Shown: positions 62,404 to 64,000 of the stretch, piece after piece | Layout: each line of letters opens with the position of its first letter | Numbering within the stretch: position 1 is the stretch's first letter | Source of the DNA: Paraspadella gotoi | Lineage: Eukaryota > Animalia > Chaetognatha | Reading direction: 5' to 3' | Length of the DNA: 64,000 bases | Assembly: GCA_051294375.1 (NCBI GenBank) | Contig: CM119268.1 | Coordinates: 16,756,467-16,820,466, forward strand | Notes under the pieces: generated by a model | Seen by the model: only the letters and a program-made list of their open reading frames with translations | The model's database searches: none | Told to the model about the DNA's origin: nothing | Position numbers and translations under genes: made by a program

Positions 62404-64000
62404 GCTCTCTCTCTCCCTCATTGTTTGTCTCAAAGAAGCATAAAACGATCGTTTATCCTCAACCAGGTGTTATCCATATTGCCTCCCCCCTGTCGTCAGG
62501 TGACAGGCGACCGACGATGGAAGCTTTAGCGATAAAAGGCCGATAACGAAAAACCCGTTAAGAACTCGATAATAGCGCAATCACATTAGGGACAACGAAT
62601 TTATAAAAGGCAGGAAGAAGCAGCGGCTGGTTTAATGTTTTTGTTGGATGATTCATCGGTCGGTGGTTTACAATATTTTGTAATCAATACAAAAAATTCC
62701 TATCATTCCATACGGTAATTGAAGAAAAAAAGAAAGGTTAAGTGCTTCCACCTGCAAGACAAAGCCCAAAATCTGATTTCTTGCTCTTCCTTCAGGTATT
62801 ATGTCTCACTGTCATAACGTCATACCGTAACTGTATTATGTAATCGAGATGTCGTGCTATCAGGGAACTCATGTCCGTATCTTCCTATCCCGCTGCCCCA
62901 TCAAATGGCTATTCTCTCGTCTTAACAAACTAACGACCCCCCCCTCTCTCTCTCTCTCTCTCTCTCAATCTCTCTCGTACGTCTCTCTGCTCTCTCTCTC
63001 ATATCTGACTATCCTCTCTCTTCTCTTCTCTTCCTCCAATCCCTAAATTTGTAAAAAATTTGTCGAATCGGAATAGCGCCCCATTTTCGTTTGACCCACA
63101 AAAATAAAAACGGAGCGGCGCTCGTTTCTTGATCCCTGGGACGAAGGAGGAGAACCGAGTGAATTTCCCCCGGATGCAAAGTGGGAAAGAAATTTGGGCT
63201 AAAGTTCGGTCGGTTTCTGGGAGGCATAAGGATTCGTTTTATATTTGTCGATACCATATCGTACGTACGTTTTTCTTATACTACTGGTTCCGTACAGTGA
63301 TAAAAATATTAAATTGGTACAACCGATAAAAAAATATATATGAGGAATGCTCACTGTAAATCTCTGGAGCAAATACTACCGCATATGCGCTTTTTCGGTT
63401 GGAAGGAATCGCAGACGGCGAAAGCGACGCGCGCCATTTTGAAACGAAGAGGGCGCGGAGGTCAGGCCTTCTCCAATTTCAACGCGCAGTAGCTCAACCG
63501 ATTTTTATGGCATATCACGTAATACGAATATCATGTGAATGTTATTACTTGTATCATTCGAACAAAAGGTACCCCTTTGTGGTTTTAAATCATAATCTCA
63601 AATTCAAGTCAATTACACGCAACGCCGAACCGGAAAAGGCTTTCCAGCTGCGACGCCAGAAATAGAGCGCCAACCAAAGGTTCGAAACTTCGGTGCCTGT
63701 GGTGCAACAGTCTAGTTCCTTCGAATTTAGAGCGAAGCAGAAAGTAGACGAACAATGGAAAATTCGGTTTCGCAAAGGAATTTAATTTAAATTTGTGACA
63801 AATCGTTGGAAATCGTGGAATAGAAAACGTTTCGAGTCGAAACGTGGAATCCTTTCCGAATCAAAGGGAACCGTTGCCTGACAATTTGAATGGGTAGTAA
63901 GAGGACGCCAATAATCTGGGCGACCATTAGACCAAGATACTTTGATTCAATTGAAGTTACAACTGCAATGTTGACAGATGGTATCAGAAATATCACTCCA

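Noticed and set aside
63787-64000. 69-aa hydrophobic ORF at the window edge
   Set aside because: Truncated by the window with no recognisable motif, so it cannot be supported.

Overview
AT-rich, intron-containing animal genomic DNA, probably invertebrate (the species cannot be determined here). It is full of (GA)n/(GAC)n microsatellites that generate most of the spurious ORFs. Two real genes lie on the minus strand. (1) The 5' half of a nuclear hormone receptor: a low-complexity A/B region, a C4 zinc-finger DBD and hinge, with exons 3463-2699, 1887-1753 and 201-<1 and a possible upstream exon at 16380-16199. It is closest in sequence to NR1H (LXR/EcR) but has an ER-type CEGCKA P-box and a 2-aa insertion in finger 2. 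(2) A complete 7-exon gene (43921-24639; 13,587-nt CDS, 4,528 aa) for a giant secreted hemolectin/otogelin/gel-forming-mucin-type protein: signal peptide, N-terminal PTS region, D1-D2-D'-D3 assemblies, then about 77 tandem cysteine modules in a strict ABC higher-order repeat, 3 VWC domains and a C-terminal cystine knot. Accessory features include non-autonomous DNA transposons with clear TSDs, Helentron/HINE-like repeats, decayed hammerhead-ribozyme motifs and an array of AGGTCA half-sites. There is also a 444-bp integrated element made of an LTR, a 42-nt copy of mature tRNA-Trp and an inverted half-LTR. All calls were made by eye, with no database searches.
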